From: an uncultured Candidatus Peribacteria bacterium | GTDB taxonomy: Bacteria > Patescibacteriota > Gracilibacteria > UBA1369 > JACRIC01 | Assembly (NCBI GenBank): GCA_964617145.1 | Contig: CAZTVN010000001.1 | Location: forward strand, 1 to 50,463 | Reading direction: 5' to 3' | Length of the DNA stretch: 50,463 bases | In this document: in pieces, positions 36,659 to 46,471 of the stretch | How positions within the stretch are numbered: position 1 is the stretch's first letter | How the letters are laid out: every line of letters begins with the position of its first letter | Notes under the pieces: model-generated | Told to the model about the DNA's origin: nothing | Seen by the model: the letters and a program-made list of their open reading frames with translations, nothing else | Databases searched by the model: none | Translations under genes and position numbers: made by a program

Positions 36659-37039
36659 TTATGTTTTCGTTTCTTTTTTCCTTCCAGACCCCATTGTTAC
36701 GCGTTTACCACGTTTCGTGCGCGCGTTTGTTTTCGTTCTTTGTCCTCGTACCGGAAGTTTTTTTCTATGTCTTACTCCGCGATATGAGTTTATTTCTTGA
36801 AGTCTTTTAATATCGAGTGATATTTTTCTTCTTAATTCTCCTTCTGTTGGGATTTTATCGATATATTCTCGAAGGAGCGCTATTTCTGATTCGTTTAATT
36901 CTTTTACTTTTTTATTCTTTTGTATATTGAGTCTTGAAACGATCTCACCGCTTAGGCGTCGTCCAATGCCATATATATATGTGAGTGCGACTTCAATATT
37001 TTTTTCTGGATGCAGATTGACACCGGCGATACGCGTCAT
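36659..37039 (-). CDS. rpsM: 30S ribosomal protein S13
   Basis: 126 aa, MTRIAGVNLHPEKNIEVALTYIYGIG.. Confidence 0.97.
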   Translation of the reverse strand: MTRIAGVNLHPEKNIEVALTYIYGIGRRLSGEIVSRLNIQKNKKVKELNESEIALLREYIDKIPTEGELRRKISLDIKRLQEINSYRGVRHRKKLPVRGQRTKTNARTKRGKRVTMGSGRKKETKT

Positions 37040-37070
37040 AATTCTTTTTAATTAAAAGAAATCGGGAAAT

Positions 37071-37184
37071 TTATCCCTGTCTTTGTTTATGTCTTTTAGT
37101 TGTACAAATAATCCTCACTACTCGATTTCGTCGAATGATTTTGCATTTTTCACATCTTTTTTTTACTGAGGCTTGGACTTTCAT
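37071..37184 (-). CDS. rpmJ: 50S ribosomal protein L36
   Basis: Not in the ORF track (37 aa). My translation is [37 protein letters not shown]. The ATG overlaps the infA TGA stop (ATGA). It has the CxxC...C...H zinc motif. Confidence 0.9.
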   Translation of the reverse strand: MKVQASVKKRCEKCKIIRRNRVVRIICTTKRHKQRQG

Positions 37185-37435
37185 AAAGATTGGCTTTTGT
37201 GTCGGAATGTAATTATCCCGCGAAGAGGATCATAAGGATTTAATGCTACGGTCACTTTGTCTCCTGGTAGTATTTTGATGTAATGAATCCTCATTTTCCC
37301 CGATATGTGGGCATGTACTACTCGTTGTTTTGTGGCTTCTTGAGATTTTTCATCTAGAAGTTGAACTTTAAATGTTGCATTTGGTAGAGCTTCTAACACT
37401 ACTCCCTGCACTTCAACGAAATCTTTTTTCGCCAT
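37181..37435 (-). CDS. infA: translation initiation factor IF-1
   Basis: 84 aa, [26 protein letters not shown]...[19 protein letters not shown].. It has an approximately 11-aa insertion relative to the 72-aa E. coli form. Confidence 0.95.
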   Translation of the reverse strand: MAKKDFVEVQGVVLEALPNATFKVQLLDEKSQEATKQRVVHAHISGKMRIHYIKILPGDKVTVALNPYDPLRGIITFRHKSQSL

Positions 37436-37469
37436 ATATTAAGAAGCGATTTTGACATAGAGCGTTTGG

Positions 37470-37498
37470 ATTTTACATAAGTTTTTCTTTTATTGCAA
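37470..37498 (-). promoter_or_regulatory. candidate internal promoter upstream of infA
   Basis: On the minus strand: TTGCAA (37498-37493), 17-nt spacer, TAAAAT (37475-37470), within the 91-nt map-infA spacer. Confidence 0.35.
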
Positions 37499-37526
37499 GT
37501 CAATTTTTCTAAAAAAACTTCTTTTT

Positions 37527-38297
37527 TTAGACTGTCTCGTTTGGGCGAAGAGTAAGAACTTCATATCCTGTCGCGGTTACTGCTATAGTGTGTTCAAATT
37601 GGCAAGAGAGACTTTTATCTAATGTTACGATAGTCCAGCGATCAGAAAGTGTTTTTGTAAAACGTTTTCCCATATTGACTATGGGTTCAATGGCGAGAGT
37701 CATCCCTGGTTTCAAGGCTAATCCTGCTCCTTTTTTGCCAAAATTGTATACTATAGGAGCCTCGTGTAGATTTTTGCCAATGCCATGGCCTGTAAGATCT
37801 CGAACGATGCTATAGTCTTTTGATTCGATCATTTTTTGAATATAAGAGCCTAGATCGCCCAGTCGTACTCCTGGCTTTACCAATTTTATGGCATTTATTA
37901 GTGTTTTTTTTACCGTTTCAAGAAAGTGTTTTTTTTCTTCGGATATTTTTCCAACTCCTACTGAAAGGGCAGAATCGGTGTGAAATCCTTGGTAATATAC
38001 GCCGCAATCGATCGTTACAAGGTCTCCTTCTTGCATGGTTTTGTTAGGAGAGGGGATGGCGTGAACAATTTCATCATTTATGCAAACGCAAATATTTTTT
38101 GGAAATCCCCGATATCCTTTAAATGAAGCCTGAACGCCTAAGGTTTTAAAAAGTTTTTCGGCTTCTTTGTCGAGGGAATCTGTCGTTATTCCCGGCTTAA
38201 CCATGCTTTCAAGCTCTGCTAAAATTTGTCCAAGGATTTTTCCTCCATTTCGCATGATCTTTAATTCCTCTACGGTTTTAAGAGTAGGTTCGTTCAT
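37527..38297 (-). CDS. map: type I methionine aminopeptidase
   Basis: 256 aa. Metal-ligand contexts ..VTIDCGV.., ..HTDSA.., ..TGHGIG.., ..LAIEP.., ..QFEHT.. Confidence 0.95.
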   Translation of the reverse strand: MNEPTLKTVEELKIMRNGGKILGQILAELESMVKPGITTDSLDKEAEKLFKTLGVQASFKGYRGFPKNICVCINDEIVHAIPSPNKTMQEGDLVTIDCGVYYQGFHTDSALSVGVGKISEEKKHFLETVKKTLINAIKLVKPGVRLGDLGSYIQKMIESKDYSIVRDLTGHGIGKNLHEAPIVYNFGKKGAGLALKPGMTLAIEPIVNMGKRFTKTLSDRWTIVTLDKSLSCQFEHTIAVTATGYEVLTLRPNETV

Positions 38298-38923
38298 GAT
38301 ACGATTTTGGAAATCAGTTCGAAATTTACCTTATCGACAGCTTGCTCTCCATTTATTTCCACAAATTTTGCCTTTTTTTTCAGTTTCTCTATAACGGGCA
38401 TGGTTTCTTTTTTGAAGGCTTGAATCCTTGTTTGAATGCTTTTTAGAGTGTCATCTTTCCTTTTTATGAGTTTTCCCCCACATTTTTCGCAAGTACTTTT
38501 ATCATTGTTTACTGCGAAGATCATTTTACAATTTTCACACATCCTTCTTTTTTTTAATCTTTTTATTGCTTCTTTTTCTGAAAGATGGATGAAAATTCCC
38601 GTAAAAGATCGTCCAAATTTTTTCATAAGATGTATAAATTGTTTTGCTTGATTTTCGTTTCGAGGAATGCCATCAAAAAGGACATTTTTATTTTTAGGTA
38701 AAGTTTTGAGAAAATTTTCAACTATTTCCATGACTACTTCGCTTGGCACAAGATGCCCTGCTTCGATGATGTTTTTTACTTTTTTGCCCAAAGTGCTATT
38801 TTTTTTTGCCAATATGCGAAGAAAGGCTCCTGTTTCAAACATCTCTAGCCCTAATTTTTCTGCGAGAATTTTTCCTTGAGTGCCTTTCCCAGAACCCTGG
38901 ATACCAAAAAGAACGTAATCCAT
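38294..38923 (-). CDS. adk: adenylate kinase (zinc-lid form)
   Basis: 209 aa. P-loop GIQGSGKGTQ and lid CENC...CEKCGG. Confidence 0.95.
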   Translation of the reverse strand: MDYVLFGIQGSGKGTQGKILAEKLGLEMFETGAFLRILAKKNSTLGKKVKNIIEAGHLVPSEVVMEIVENFLKTLPKNKNVLFDGIPRNENQAKQFIHLMKKFGRSFTGIFIHLSEKEAIKRLKKRRMCENCKMIFAVNNDKSTCEKCGGKLIKRKDDTLKSIQTRIQAFKKETMPVIEKLKKKAKFVEINGEQAVDKVNFELISKIVS

Positions 38924-38927
38924 TGTA

Positions 38928-40229
38928 TTAATAGAATTTTTCGTAGTGGTGCATTACGAGCTGTGCATTGACTTGTCGGATTAAGTCAAGCACTACTCCG
39001 ACAACGATAATCATTCCTGCTCCGGATATTAAAAGTGGTACCGATCCTGAGGACGATCCTGAAATGACCAATTGAATAAGAATTGGTGCAAGGGCGATAA
39101 ATGCAATGAAAAGTCCGCCGAAGAGCGTGAGTCTGTTTGATATTTTTCCTAGATATTCGGCTGTTTGTCTTCCTGGACGAATGCCTGGAATAAAACCCCC
39201 TCTTTTTTGTATATTTTCTGCCACTTGTTCAGGATTGAATGTAATGCTGACGTAAAAATACGAAAAACCAAGAATGAGAGCAAAATAAATGATGAGATAC
39301 GCTGGTTTGTCGGTTTGTAGGTGAGCAATGATAAAATTTGAGACATCGACAATCCATTTTGTGTGTGAATTTGAGGAAAAAAGACGCGCAGCAAGGAGGG
39401 GGAAATTTATTACTGATACAGCAAAAATGATTGGGATCATTCCTGCTTGATTGATACGAATGGGGATGACAGCTTGTTCGCCTTTTCCTCTCGCAGATCG
39501 TGTTGCATAGGTAATGGGGATATTTCGTACGGCCTCTGTTATCAAAACTACGAGTATCGTTAAGAGAATAGTAACGATCACTAAGGCTACAAAAGGTATA
39601 ATTCTTTGAGCTTCACGTTGGCTAATTGCTAATGTTTGTCCAATTATTGTTGGAATATTTGCTACGATTCCCGCGAAAATAAGGAGCGAAACTCCATTTC
39701 CAATCCCTTTTTCACTGATAAGTTCTCCTAGCCACATGAGAAAAATTGTTCCCGCAGTAATCGTAATCATAATGGGAACAATAATTTTTGCACTGTTAAT
39801 ATTTTCCACAATTGGGACAGGACTTTGAGAATTTAACAGTAAAATCATTCCATAAGATTGAAGAAAAGCGAGTGGAACGGTAATCCATCTTGTATACATG
39901 TTGAGTTTGTTTCTTCCTTGTTCACCTTCTTTTGAAATAGACTCAAGTCTTGGAATGATAACGGTTAAGAGTTGTATAATGATCGATGCGTTAATATACG
40001 GAGAGAGTCCCATGAGAACAATGGAAAAATTTTCCGCGCTTCCTCCTGTTAAAAGACTAAAAATCCCGAGAATTTTATTTTGATCAAGCACTACTTTTAG
40101 CGCATCTTTATCAATTCCAGGGATGGTAATATGTGTCGCGATCCTAAAAATGACAATGATTGCGATCGTAAAAAGGATTTTTTTTCTTAAATCCACAGAA
40201 TTCCATATTTGAAGAAGGTATTTGAACAC
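38928..40229 (-). CDS. secY: preprotein translocase subunit SecY
   Basis: 433-aa 10-TM protein located between rplO and adk, ..GIGNGVSLLIFAGIV.. Confidence 0.96.
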   Translation of the reverse strand: MFKYLLQIWNSVDLRKKILFTIAIIVIFRIATHITIPGIDKDALKVVLDQNKILGIFSLLTGGSAENFSIVLMGLSPYINASIIIQLLTVIIPRLESISKEGEQGRNKLNMYTRWITVPLAFLQSYGMILLLNSQSPVPIVENINSAKIIVPIMITITAGTIFLMWLGELISEKGIGNGVSLLIFAGIVANIPTIIGQTLAISQREAQRIIPFVALVIVTILLTILVVLITEAVRNIPITYATRSARGKGEQAVIPIRINQAGMIPIIFAVSVINFPLLAARLFSSNSHTKWIVDVSNFIIAHLQTDKPAYLIIYFALILGFSYFYVSITFNPEQVAENIQKRGGFIPGIRPGRQTAEYLGKISNRLTLFGGLFIAFIALAPILIQLVISGSSSGSVPLLISGAGMIIVVGVVLDLIRQVNAQLVMHHYEKFY

Positions 40230-40249
40230 TTACTTACGTTAAAAGCTAT

Positions 40250-40660
40250 TTAAGATGATATTTTTTCAGAAGCCTTTTTAGAAATAGGGACTTCTATTTT
40301 GAGTTTTTTTGTCAACTCACCACTGCCTAAAATTTTAACGGACTGTGTTTTTTTATCAATAAGTTTTTTAGCATAAAGGGTTTCAACATTTACCACTTCT
40401 CCATTTTCAAAATATTTATCTAAGGTACCAATATTAATGATTTTATATTTTATTTGTTTTGGGCTTTTAAAGCCTTTTAATTTTGGCATTCGTCGAAGCA
40501 GGGGAGTTTGACCTCCTTCAAATCGTGGACCTTTTGAGCCTTTTCTCGCATTTTGTCCTTTTACTCCTTTCCCCGCATAGGTTCCATGCCCTGAGCCATT
40601 TCCTCTTCCGATTCTTTTTCGTCGACTTTTTTTATTTGGTTTGAGGTCGTGAATATACAT
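40250..40660 (-). CDS. rplO: 50S ribosomal protein L15
   Basis: 136 aa, ..RRKRIGRGNGSGHGTYAGKGVKGQNARKG.. Confidence 0.96.
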   Translation of the reverse strand: MYIHDLKPNKKSRRKRIGRGNGSGHGTYAGKGVKGQNARKGSKGPRFEGGQTPLLRRMPKLKGFKSPKQIKYKIINIGTLDKYFENGEVVNVETLYAKKLIDKKTQSVKILGSGELTKKLKIEVPISKKASEKISS

Positions 40661-40666
40661 GATGAT

Positions 40667-41218
40667 TTAAGTGGTTATCTTGGATTTAGAGTTTTTTTCG
40701 GCTTCTTGTTCTTGCTGAGTTTTTTCTGGTTGTGTCTTTTTTTCTTCCCGTTTTTTGAGTTTTTCTAGAGCTAATATAGTTGCTTTGGCATTGTTGATTC
40801 GATTTGAAGCACCGAGACATTTTGTAATGATGTTTTTTATTCCAGCGAGTTCAATGACTTTACGTACAGATCCCCCCGATATAAGCCCTGTACCCAAAGA
40901 TGCTGGGAGCATGATAAGTTTTGCCGTTTTGTATTTTACTTTTATTTCATGAGGGATTGTTTCTTTGTAAATGTTTACAGAAATAAGATTTTTTTTCGCT
41001 TTTGAAATGCCTTTTTGGATAGCATTTACCACTTCATTTGATTTTCCCACGCCAACTCCAACTTTTCCTTTGAGATTTCCGATTACAACCGTTGCTCGAA
41101 AGCGCAATCTGCGACCACCTTTTACTACTCGAGTAACTCGGTCAATCTGAATGACTTCTTCTTGAAATTCTTTTGGTTCTTTTGGTTGATTTTTTTTAGG
41201 TGGGCGAGAAAATGCCAT
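40667..41218 (-). CDS. rpsE: 30S ribosomal protein S5
   Basis: 183 aa, ..VIQIDRVTRVVKGGRRLRFRATVVIGN.. Confidence 0.96.
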   Translation of the reverse strand: MAFSRPPKKNQPKEPKEFQEEVIQIDRVTRVVKGGRRLRFRATVVIGNLKGKVGVGVGKSNEVVNAIQKGISKAKKNLISVNIYKETIPHEIKVKYKTAKLIMLPASLGTGLISGGSVRKVIELAGIKNIITKCLGASNRINNAKATILALEKLKKREEKKTQPEKTQQEQEAEKNSKSKITT

Positions 41219-41234
41219 AGAGAGAAAATTAAAA

Positions 41235-41582
41235 TTAGAGTTTAAGTCCGCCTTCTCGTAATCCTTCAGCTATTTTTTTTACTCGACCGTGATATTTGTA
41301 TCCTTGGCGGTCAAAAATAATTTCAGTAATATTTTTTTCGAGTGCTTTTTTGGCGAGATTTTGTCCGATTGCGTAAGCTTTTTCCATTATGGTTCCTTTT
41401 TTTATTTTTAAATCAGAGCTCGATAAAAAGGTATTCCCTTTTTCTTTATCGATTAATTGCGCGTAATTGTGCATATTTGAGCGATATACGACCACTTTCC
41501 ATTTGATGGTGTTAGAGACAAGTTTGTTTTTTGTTCTCTTTTTTCGCTTTTCAAATGCTGATTTTTTAAGATTTTTTGGCAT
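41235..41582 (-). CDS. rplR: 50S ribosomal protein L18
   Basis: The track ORF (to 41666) overlaps rplF by 56 nt. The internal Met at 41582 (MPKNLKKSAFEKRKKRTKNKL..) gives a typical 115-aa L18 and a 28-nt spacer. Confidence 0.9.
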   Translation of the reverse strand: MPKNLKKSAFEKRKKRTKNKLVSNTIKWKVVVYRSNMHNYAQLIDKEKGNTFLSSSDLKIKKGTIMEKAYAIGQNLAKKALEKNITEIIFDRQGYKYHGRVKKIAEGLREGGLKL

Positions 41583-41610
41583 ATCGTATAGTAGTATTTG
41601 AATAAGAATA

Positions 41611-42165
41611 TTATCCCTTTCCTCCTGAAGCGGCTTTTCCAGCTTTTTGTTGTACTTTTTCTCCAAAGTAGCGAATTCCTTTTCCTTTGTATGGCTCGGG
41701 TTTTTTTAGACCCCGTATCTCTGCTGCTACCTGTCCCACAAGTTGCTTATTTATTCCTCGTATAATGAACGTGTTTTTAATTTCTTTATCAATTTCGATT
41801 TGTATTCCATTTGGAATCGGATAGCGAACGGGGTGAGAAAAACCTAATGATAACATGAGGTCATTTTCTTTGACTTCCATTTTGTATCCCACTCCTCGTA
41901 TTTCGAGTTTTTTTTGAAAACCTTTTTCAACCCCGATAATCATATTTTGAATCAATGCTCGGAATAGCCCGTGTAAGCTTCTTGATTCTTTTTCATCGTT
42001 TTTTCTCTTTACTTTGATGACTTTTTCCTGCGTTTCCACATCAACCATTGGATGGATTTTGATATCAAGCGTTCCTTTTGATCCTTGTACGATGATGGTA
42101 TCTTGTTCTTTTTTGATGGTAACACCTGTTGGAATTACGATTGGTTTTTTCCCTATACGTGACAT
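41611..42165 (-). CDS. rplF: 50S ribosomal protein L6
   Basis: 184 aa, MSRIGKKPIVIPTGVTI.. Confidence 0.96.
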   Translation of the reverse strand: MSRIGKKPIVIPTGVTIKKEQDTIIVQGSKGTLDIKIHPMVDVETQEKVIKVKRKNDEKESRSLHGLFRALIQNMIIGVEKGFQKKLEIRGVGYKMEVKENDLMLSLGFSHPVRYPIPNGIQIEIDKEIKNTFIIRGINKQLVGQVAAEIRGLKKPEPYKGKGIRYFGEKVQQKAGKAASGGKG

Positions 42166-42182
42166 AGATTTTTTAAAATTCG

Positions 42183-42566
42183 TTAGTAAATTTCGCAGAT
42201 AAGTTCCCCTCCTAATTTTTCTTTCCTTGCTTTTCTATCGCTCATAATACCTTTTGAAGTTGAAATAAGTGCGACTCCAAAACCATTCAATACTGGTTTT
42301 ATTTCTGTATTTTTTAGATAAATTCTTCTTCCTGGCTTGCTTATTCTTTTTATTTCCATTGGTATCTGTTCATTTTGGAGGGTTATTTCGAGTGCTTTTA
42401 AGATTCCTTCACCTTTGACTTCATACTTTTTTATCCATTTTGTCTGTACGAGGTTTTTCACTATTTCTTCTTTTAATTTGGAATGACTGATATTCACGAT
42501 TTCTCGCCCAGCGCGATAAGCGTTTCGTATTCTTGTAAGTAGATCAGCTATAGGATCGGTATGCAT
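42183..42566 (-). CDS. rpsH: 30S ribosomal protein S8
   Basis: 127 aa, MHTDPIADLLTRIRNA.. Confidence 0.96.
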   Translation of the reverse strand: MHTDPIADLLTRIRNAYRAGREIVNISHSKLKEEIVKNLVQTKWIKKYEVKGEGILKALEITLQNEQIPMEIKRISKPGRRIYLKNTEIKPVLNGFGVALISTSKGIMSDRKARKEKLGGELICEIY

Positions 42567-42586
42567 AATTTAAGAGAAGTTATATC

Positions 42587-42811
42587 TTACCAAGATGATT
42601 TTTTGACTCCCATAATTTTCCCTTCGCGAGCGAGAAATCTGAAGCATATTCGGCACATATCGAATTTTCCCATATATCCGCGATTTCTTCCACATAATCT
42701 ACAGCGATTATAAACGCGTGTCGAATTTTTTGGTTTTTTACCACTTGTTAAGCTTTTTAAATAGGCTTTTTTCAGTTTTTCGCTTTTTACTCTCAGGGAT
42801 TTTTTAGCCAT
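42587..42811 (-). CDS. rpsN: 30S ribosomal protein S14 (zinc-binding form)
   Basis: 74 aa, ..[22 protein letters not shown].. (CxxC...CxxC). Confidence 0.94.
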   Translation of the reverse strand: MAKKSLRVKSEKLKKAYLKSLTSGKKPKNSTRVYNRCRLCGRNRGYMGKFDMCRICFRFLAREGKIMGVKKSSW

Positions 42812-42818
42812 ATATCTT

Positions 42819-43379
42819 TTATGAGGTGATGCCGGCTACTTCTTCTTTTTTGAAAGGGAAGCCGAGTTGACGTAATAGTTTATATCCTAGTTTATTGTCT
42901 AAAGCCGTTGTGACGATCGTTATTTGCATACCAAAATTTTTCACTACATCATCTGGTTTTATTTCGGGGAAAATGGTAAATTCTTTGATTCCAATGGAAT
43001 AATTTCCATGACCATCAAAACTTCGCACAGAAACTCCACGAAAGTCTCTTGTTCTTGGAAGTACTACGTTGATGATTTTATTGAGAAAGTCGTACATTCG
43101 ATCTTTTCGTAAGGTTACTACTACTCCGACTGGCATACCTGCCCGAAGTTTGAAGTTTGAAATAGCTTTTTTTGCTTTTGTAACAATCGGTTTTTGGCCA
43201 GTAATTTCAGCAATATTTTTTACCACCTCAGAATAATCTTTTGATCCTGCTAAATAACTCCCAATTCGTACATTAATTTTGATAAGTTTTATTTTTGGTA
43301 CAGCGTGCTTATTTGCAATATTGAGTTCTTTTTGCAATTTTGGAATAATGTTTTTTTTGAAATGTTCACGGAATTTCAT
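42819..43379 (-). CDS. rplE: 50S ribosomal protein L5
   Basis: 186 aa, ..NVRIGSY.., ..[28 protein letters not shown].. Confidence 0.96.
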   Translation of the reverse strand: MKFREHFKKNIIPKLQKELNIANKHAVPKIKLIKINVRIGSYLAGSKDYSEVVKNIAEITGQKPIVTKAKKAISNFKLRAGMPVGVVVTLRKDRMYDFLNKIINVVLPRTRDFRGVSVRSFDGHGNYSIGIKEFTIFPEIKPDDVVKNFGMQITIVTTALDNKLGYKLLRQLGFPFKKEEVAGITS

Positions 43380-43393
43380 ACAGTTTTTTCAGG

Positions 43394-43735
43394 TTATTTT
43401 TTCTTCTTATGAGAAATTTTTTGAATGGTATCCATACTTTGTTCACATTTTTTGCATATACGCTCTTTCCCACCTTTTTCTTCTTGTTTATATTTTATTC
43501 GAACGGCTTTTTTACAATGTGGACAAATAATCATCGTATTGGATGCGGTGATTGGCGCTTCAAATTGAATTTTTTCTCCTGGTCTGGTTTGGCTTTTTTT
43601 AATATGTTTTACTCTTAAATTTATTTTTTCGACAATAAGTTTTTCGGCTTTTTTGAAAGTTTTCATGACTTTTCCCTTTTTTCCCTTGTCTTTTCCAGAG
43701 ATGATAAGCACATTGTCACCGATTTTAATTTTCAT
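43394..43735 (-). CDS. rplX: 50S ribosomal protein L24 (with C-terminal CxxC...CxxC)
   Basis: The KOW start MKIKIGDNVLIISGKDKGKKGKV is at ATG 43735. The longer track ORF overlaps rplN. The C-terminus has CPHC...CKKC. Confidence 0.92.
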   Translation of the reverse strand: MKIKIGDNVLIISGKDKGKKGKVMKTFKKAEKLIVEKINLRVKHIKKSQTRPGEKIQFEAPITASNTMIICPHCKKAVRIKYKQEEKGGKERICKKCEQSMDTIQKISHKKKK

Positions 43736-43751
43736 AGTTGTAAGATTGTTC

Positions 43752-44120
43752 TTATAAGACTTCTTCAGCAAGTGAAATAATTTTTTGGAATCCTTTTTCT
43801 CTTAGTTCTCTCGCTATGGGACCAAATATACGTGTTCCTTTTGGCAAGTTATCCTTTGAAATAATTACTACGGCATTATCACTAAATCGAATATATGTTC
43901 CATCTGGTCTTTTAACTTCTTTTTTTGTGCGAACGATTACAGCTCTTTCTACAGTTTTTTTCTTTACAATCCCCGTTGGAAGAGCCTCTTTTACTGCTAC
44001 AATTATCACGTCTCCGATTCCAGCATAACGCCTTAAACTTCCTCCAATAACCTTAATACACATAACTTCTTTAGCGCCGGTGTTGTCTGTAACTTTTAGT
44101 CTTGTTTGTTGTTGAATCAT
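43752..44120 (-). CDS. rplN: 50S ribosomal protein L14
   Basis: 122 aa, [24 protein letters not shown].. Confidence 0.97.
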   Translation of the reverse strand: MIQQQTRLKVTDNTGAKEVMCIKVIGGSLRRYAGIGDVIIVAVKEALPTGIVKKKTVERAVIVRTKKEVKRPDGTYIRFSDNAVVIISKDNLPKGTRIFGPIARELREKGFQKIISLAEEVL

Positions 44121-44356
44121 ACTTCGTTTTTGTCATGTGGTATCGTTGTCCAACGTTTTAATTTACTTAAAGGACGTGTTTCGTATATTACCACTTCATC
44201 ACCAACTTTGTGCTTATTTTCGGGATCGTGTGCGTGAAATTTCTTTGATGTTCGATAGCGTTTTTTATACTTTGGATGCATTTTGTACGTATTGACCGTC
44301 ACTACAATGGTTTTATCATTTTTGTCGCTGGTTACTACGCCCTTTTTTGTCCTCAT
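44117..44356 (-). CDS. rpsQ: 30S ribosomal protein S17
   Basis: 79 aa, ..[23 protein letters not shown].. Confidence 0.95.
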   Translation of the reverse strand: MRTKKGVVTSDKNDKTIVVTVNTYKMHPKYKKRYRTSKKFHAHDPENKHKVGDEVVIYETRPLSKLKRWTTIPHDKNEV

Positions 44357-44385
44357 GGTGATAAGATTATAATCTTAATTTATTT

Positions 44386-44631
44386 TTAGTGAACCCTAGA
44401 GATTGTATCGGAAGTTTTCTTTTCTGCAAGTACTTTTTCTTTTTTTGATTCGCTTAGAATTGTCATGATTTGAGCCACATACTTTTTGTTTTTTTTGAGT
44501 GTATGGCTATCTTTCATTTGTTTCATGCGAATTCCTATTTTATATCTTAATACTTCCTTTCGCGCTTTTTCGAGCTCTTTTATGAGTTCTTTTTCGCTGA
44601 GGTTTTTTAATTCGTTTAGTGAGGTAATCAT
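44386..44631 (-). CDS. rpmC: 50S ribosomal protein L29
   Basis: 81-aa helical protein between rplP and rpsQ, ..LKNLSEKELIKELEKARKEV.. Confidence 0.9.
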   Translation of the reverse strand: MITSLNELKNLSEKELIKELEKARKEVLRYKIGIRMKQMKDSHTLKKNKKYVAQIMTILSESKKEKVLAEKKTSDTISRVH

Positions 44632-44634
44632 GTA

Positions 44635-45045
44635 TTATTGGGTCACAAATTTAGATTTTATTGGAAGTTTGTGGCGTGCAAGGCGCATAGCTTCTTTAGC
44701 AATTTTTTCACTTACTCCCTCCATTTCGAAAATAACGGTTCCTGCTTTTATGTCTGCCACATATTTATCTGGAGCTCCTTTCCCGCTTCCCATCGGGACT
44801 TCAGCCCCTTTTTTTGTTACTATTTTATGAGGGAAAATTCGTATCCAGATCTTTCCACCTCGTTTAATATAGTGAGTCATGGCCTTTCTTGCTGCTTCGA
44901 TTTGGCGAGCTGATATTTCTCCTGTTTCTGAGGCTTTCAATCCATAAGTTCCAAAGCTTATTTTTGTACCACGCGTTGCCACTCCACCTCTTTGAGCTCT
45001 CAGCCTGTGACTTTTTCGAAATTTCATTCGCTTGGGTTCTAACAT
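44635..45045 (-). CDS. rplP: 50S ribosomal protein L16
   Basis: 136 aa, [14 protein letters not shown].. Confidence 0.97.
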   Translation of the reverse strand: MLEPKRMKFRKSHRLRAQRGGVATRGTKISFGTYGLKASETGEISARQIEAARKAMTHYIKRGGKIWIRIFPHKIVTKKGAEVPMGSGKGAPDKYVADIKAGTVIFEMEGVSEKIAKEAMRLARHKLPIKSKFVTQ

Positions 45046-45058
45046 AATGCTTTAAAAA

Positions 45059-45766
45059 TTAAATGGGTAAAAATTCACGAGTAGTTTCTTCTTCAATCCT
45101 TTTTTCCGTTTTTGATTTTAATGAACCAGACTTTTTCCTTTTAAAAATTTCTCCTTTATAGATCCATGCTTTGATGCCAATAATACCAAATTTTGTTTTG
45201 GCAACGACGTACGCATAATCAATATCTGCTCTAAATGTTTGAAGTGGAATTTTTCCATCTGAGAAATATTCACTTCGCGCTATTTCCACGCCATTTAATC
45301 TCCCTGAGACTTGGATTTTGGCCCCCAAAGCGCCATTTTCCATTGCTTTAGCAATGGTCATCTTTGCCGCTCTTCTATAAGAAATTCGTCTTTCAATTTG
45401 ACGAGCTATGTTTTCAGCTACAATATATGCATTTAAATCAGGTTTTTTTATTTCTTTAATAGAAATTTCAAAGCGGGATCCAAACATTTTTTGTAATTTT
45501 TCTTTTAATTCTGCGATATTTTCTCCTTGTCTTCCGATAATGATGCCTGGTTTTGTTGAATGTATGTATACCGCGATATTGCCTGCGGTACGATAAATTT
45601 CTATCTCAGCTACTCCTGCATCTTTTAATTCTTTCATTACGGCTTTTTGCATCTCGATGTCTTCGTGAATGAGTTTTGTATAATCTTTTTTCTTGGCATA
45701 CCATCTTGACGGCCAAGTGTAAATGATACCAATTCTTTGAATTTTCGGATTAACCTTTTGTCCCAT
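45059..45766 (-). CDS. rpsC: 30S ribosomal protein S3
   Basis: 235 aa, MGQKVNPKIQRIGI.. with KH domain. Confidence 0.97.
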   Translation of the reverse strand: MGQKVNPKIQRIGIIYTWPSRWYAKKKDYTKLIHEDIEMQKAVMKELKDAGVAEIEIYRTAGNIAVYIHSTKPGIIIGRQGENIAELKEKLQKMFGSRFEISIKEIKKPDLNAYIVAENIARQIERRISYRRAAKMTIAKAMENGALGAKIQVSGRLNGVEIARSEYFSDGKIPLQTFRADIDYAYVVAKTKFGIIGIKAWIYKGEIFKRKKSGSLKSKTEKRIEEETTREFLPI

Positions 45767-45775
45767 AGAAACAAT

Positions 45776-46144
45776 TTAAGAAGTTTGAGTTGGTTTTTTT
45801 AATTCTTTTTTTTCTTCTTCTTTAATACTTACGCTTACCGTAATATGAGAAGTTCTTTTTAAGATTGGATGAGATCTTCCTCGTGAAATCGGCATACTTC
45901 TTTTCAGAACCCTGCCACCTGTTACGTAGATTTCTGAAATATAAAGATCATTCTCATTCTGTTTGAAATTATTTACTGCATTTGAAGATGCTGATTTTAT
46001 AGCTTTTAAGATTATTTTTGCACCTTTTTTGGGAGTAAATTTTAAGAGTTCAAGAGCTTCGTTTACCTTTTTCCCTCTCACGAGTCCTGCTACAACTTGC
46101 GCTTTTTTAGGTGCTAATGCGATTTGTCTTATTATTGCTTTCAT
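45776..46144 (-). CDS. rplV: 50S ribosomal protein L22
   Basis: 122 aa, ..APKKAQVVAGLVRGKKVNEALELLKFTPKKGA.. Confidence 0.95.
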   Translation of the reverse strand: MKAIIRQIALAPKKAQVVAGLVRGKKVNEALELLKFTPKKGAKIILKAIKSASSNAVNNFKQNENDLYISEIYVTGGRVLKRSMPISRGRSHPILKRTSHITVSVSIKEEEKKELKKPTQTS

Positions 46145-46162
46145 AGAAAAGTTTTAGATATG

Positions 46163-46450
46163 TTAGGCTGTTTTTCCTTGTTCTTTTGCCATTTTTCCTC
46201 CATGTCCTTTGAATTTTTTCGAAGGAGAAAATTCTCCAAGCTTATGTCCTACCATGTTTTCAGTAACAAATACAGGTATATGCTGATGACCGTTGTGTAC
46301 CGAGAAGGTATGTCCTACAAATTCAGGTGATATGTCACAGTCCCTTGCCCAAGTTTTTATAGGTCTTTTTTCCCCACTTTCTGTCATCAACTTTACTTTT
46401 TTGAAAAGTTTTTGATCTATGTATGGGCCTTTTTTTGAACTTCTAGCCAT
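46163..46450 (-). CDS. rpsS: 30S ribosomal protein S19
   Basis: 95 aa, [12 protein letters not shown]...[24 protein letters not shown].. Confidence 0.97.
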   Translation of the reverse strand: MARSSKKGPYIDQKLFKKVKLMTESGEKRPIKTWARDCDISPEFVGHTFSVHNGHQHIPVFVTENMVGHKLGEFSPSKKFKGHGGKMAKEQGKTA

Positions 46451-46471
46451 TTTTTTAATTACGTTAGTTAA

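Noticed and set aside
37452-37480. Perfect TTGACA on the plus strand in the map-infA spacer
   Set aside because: The matching -10 position reads ACATAA and there is no plus-strand gene downstream. The minus-strand TTGCAA-17-TAAAAT fits the gene context better.
41583-41666. N-terminal extensions in the ORF track for L18 (to 41666), L24 (43736-43771) and pyrF (27788-27886, TTG start)
   Set aside because: The extensions overlap the preceding gene or the structured spacer. They add residues absent from the family N-termini. Internal ATGs reproduce the canonical starts.
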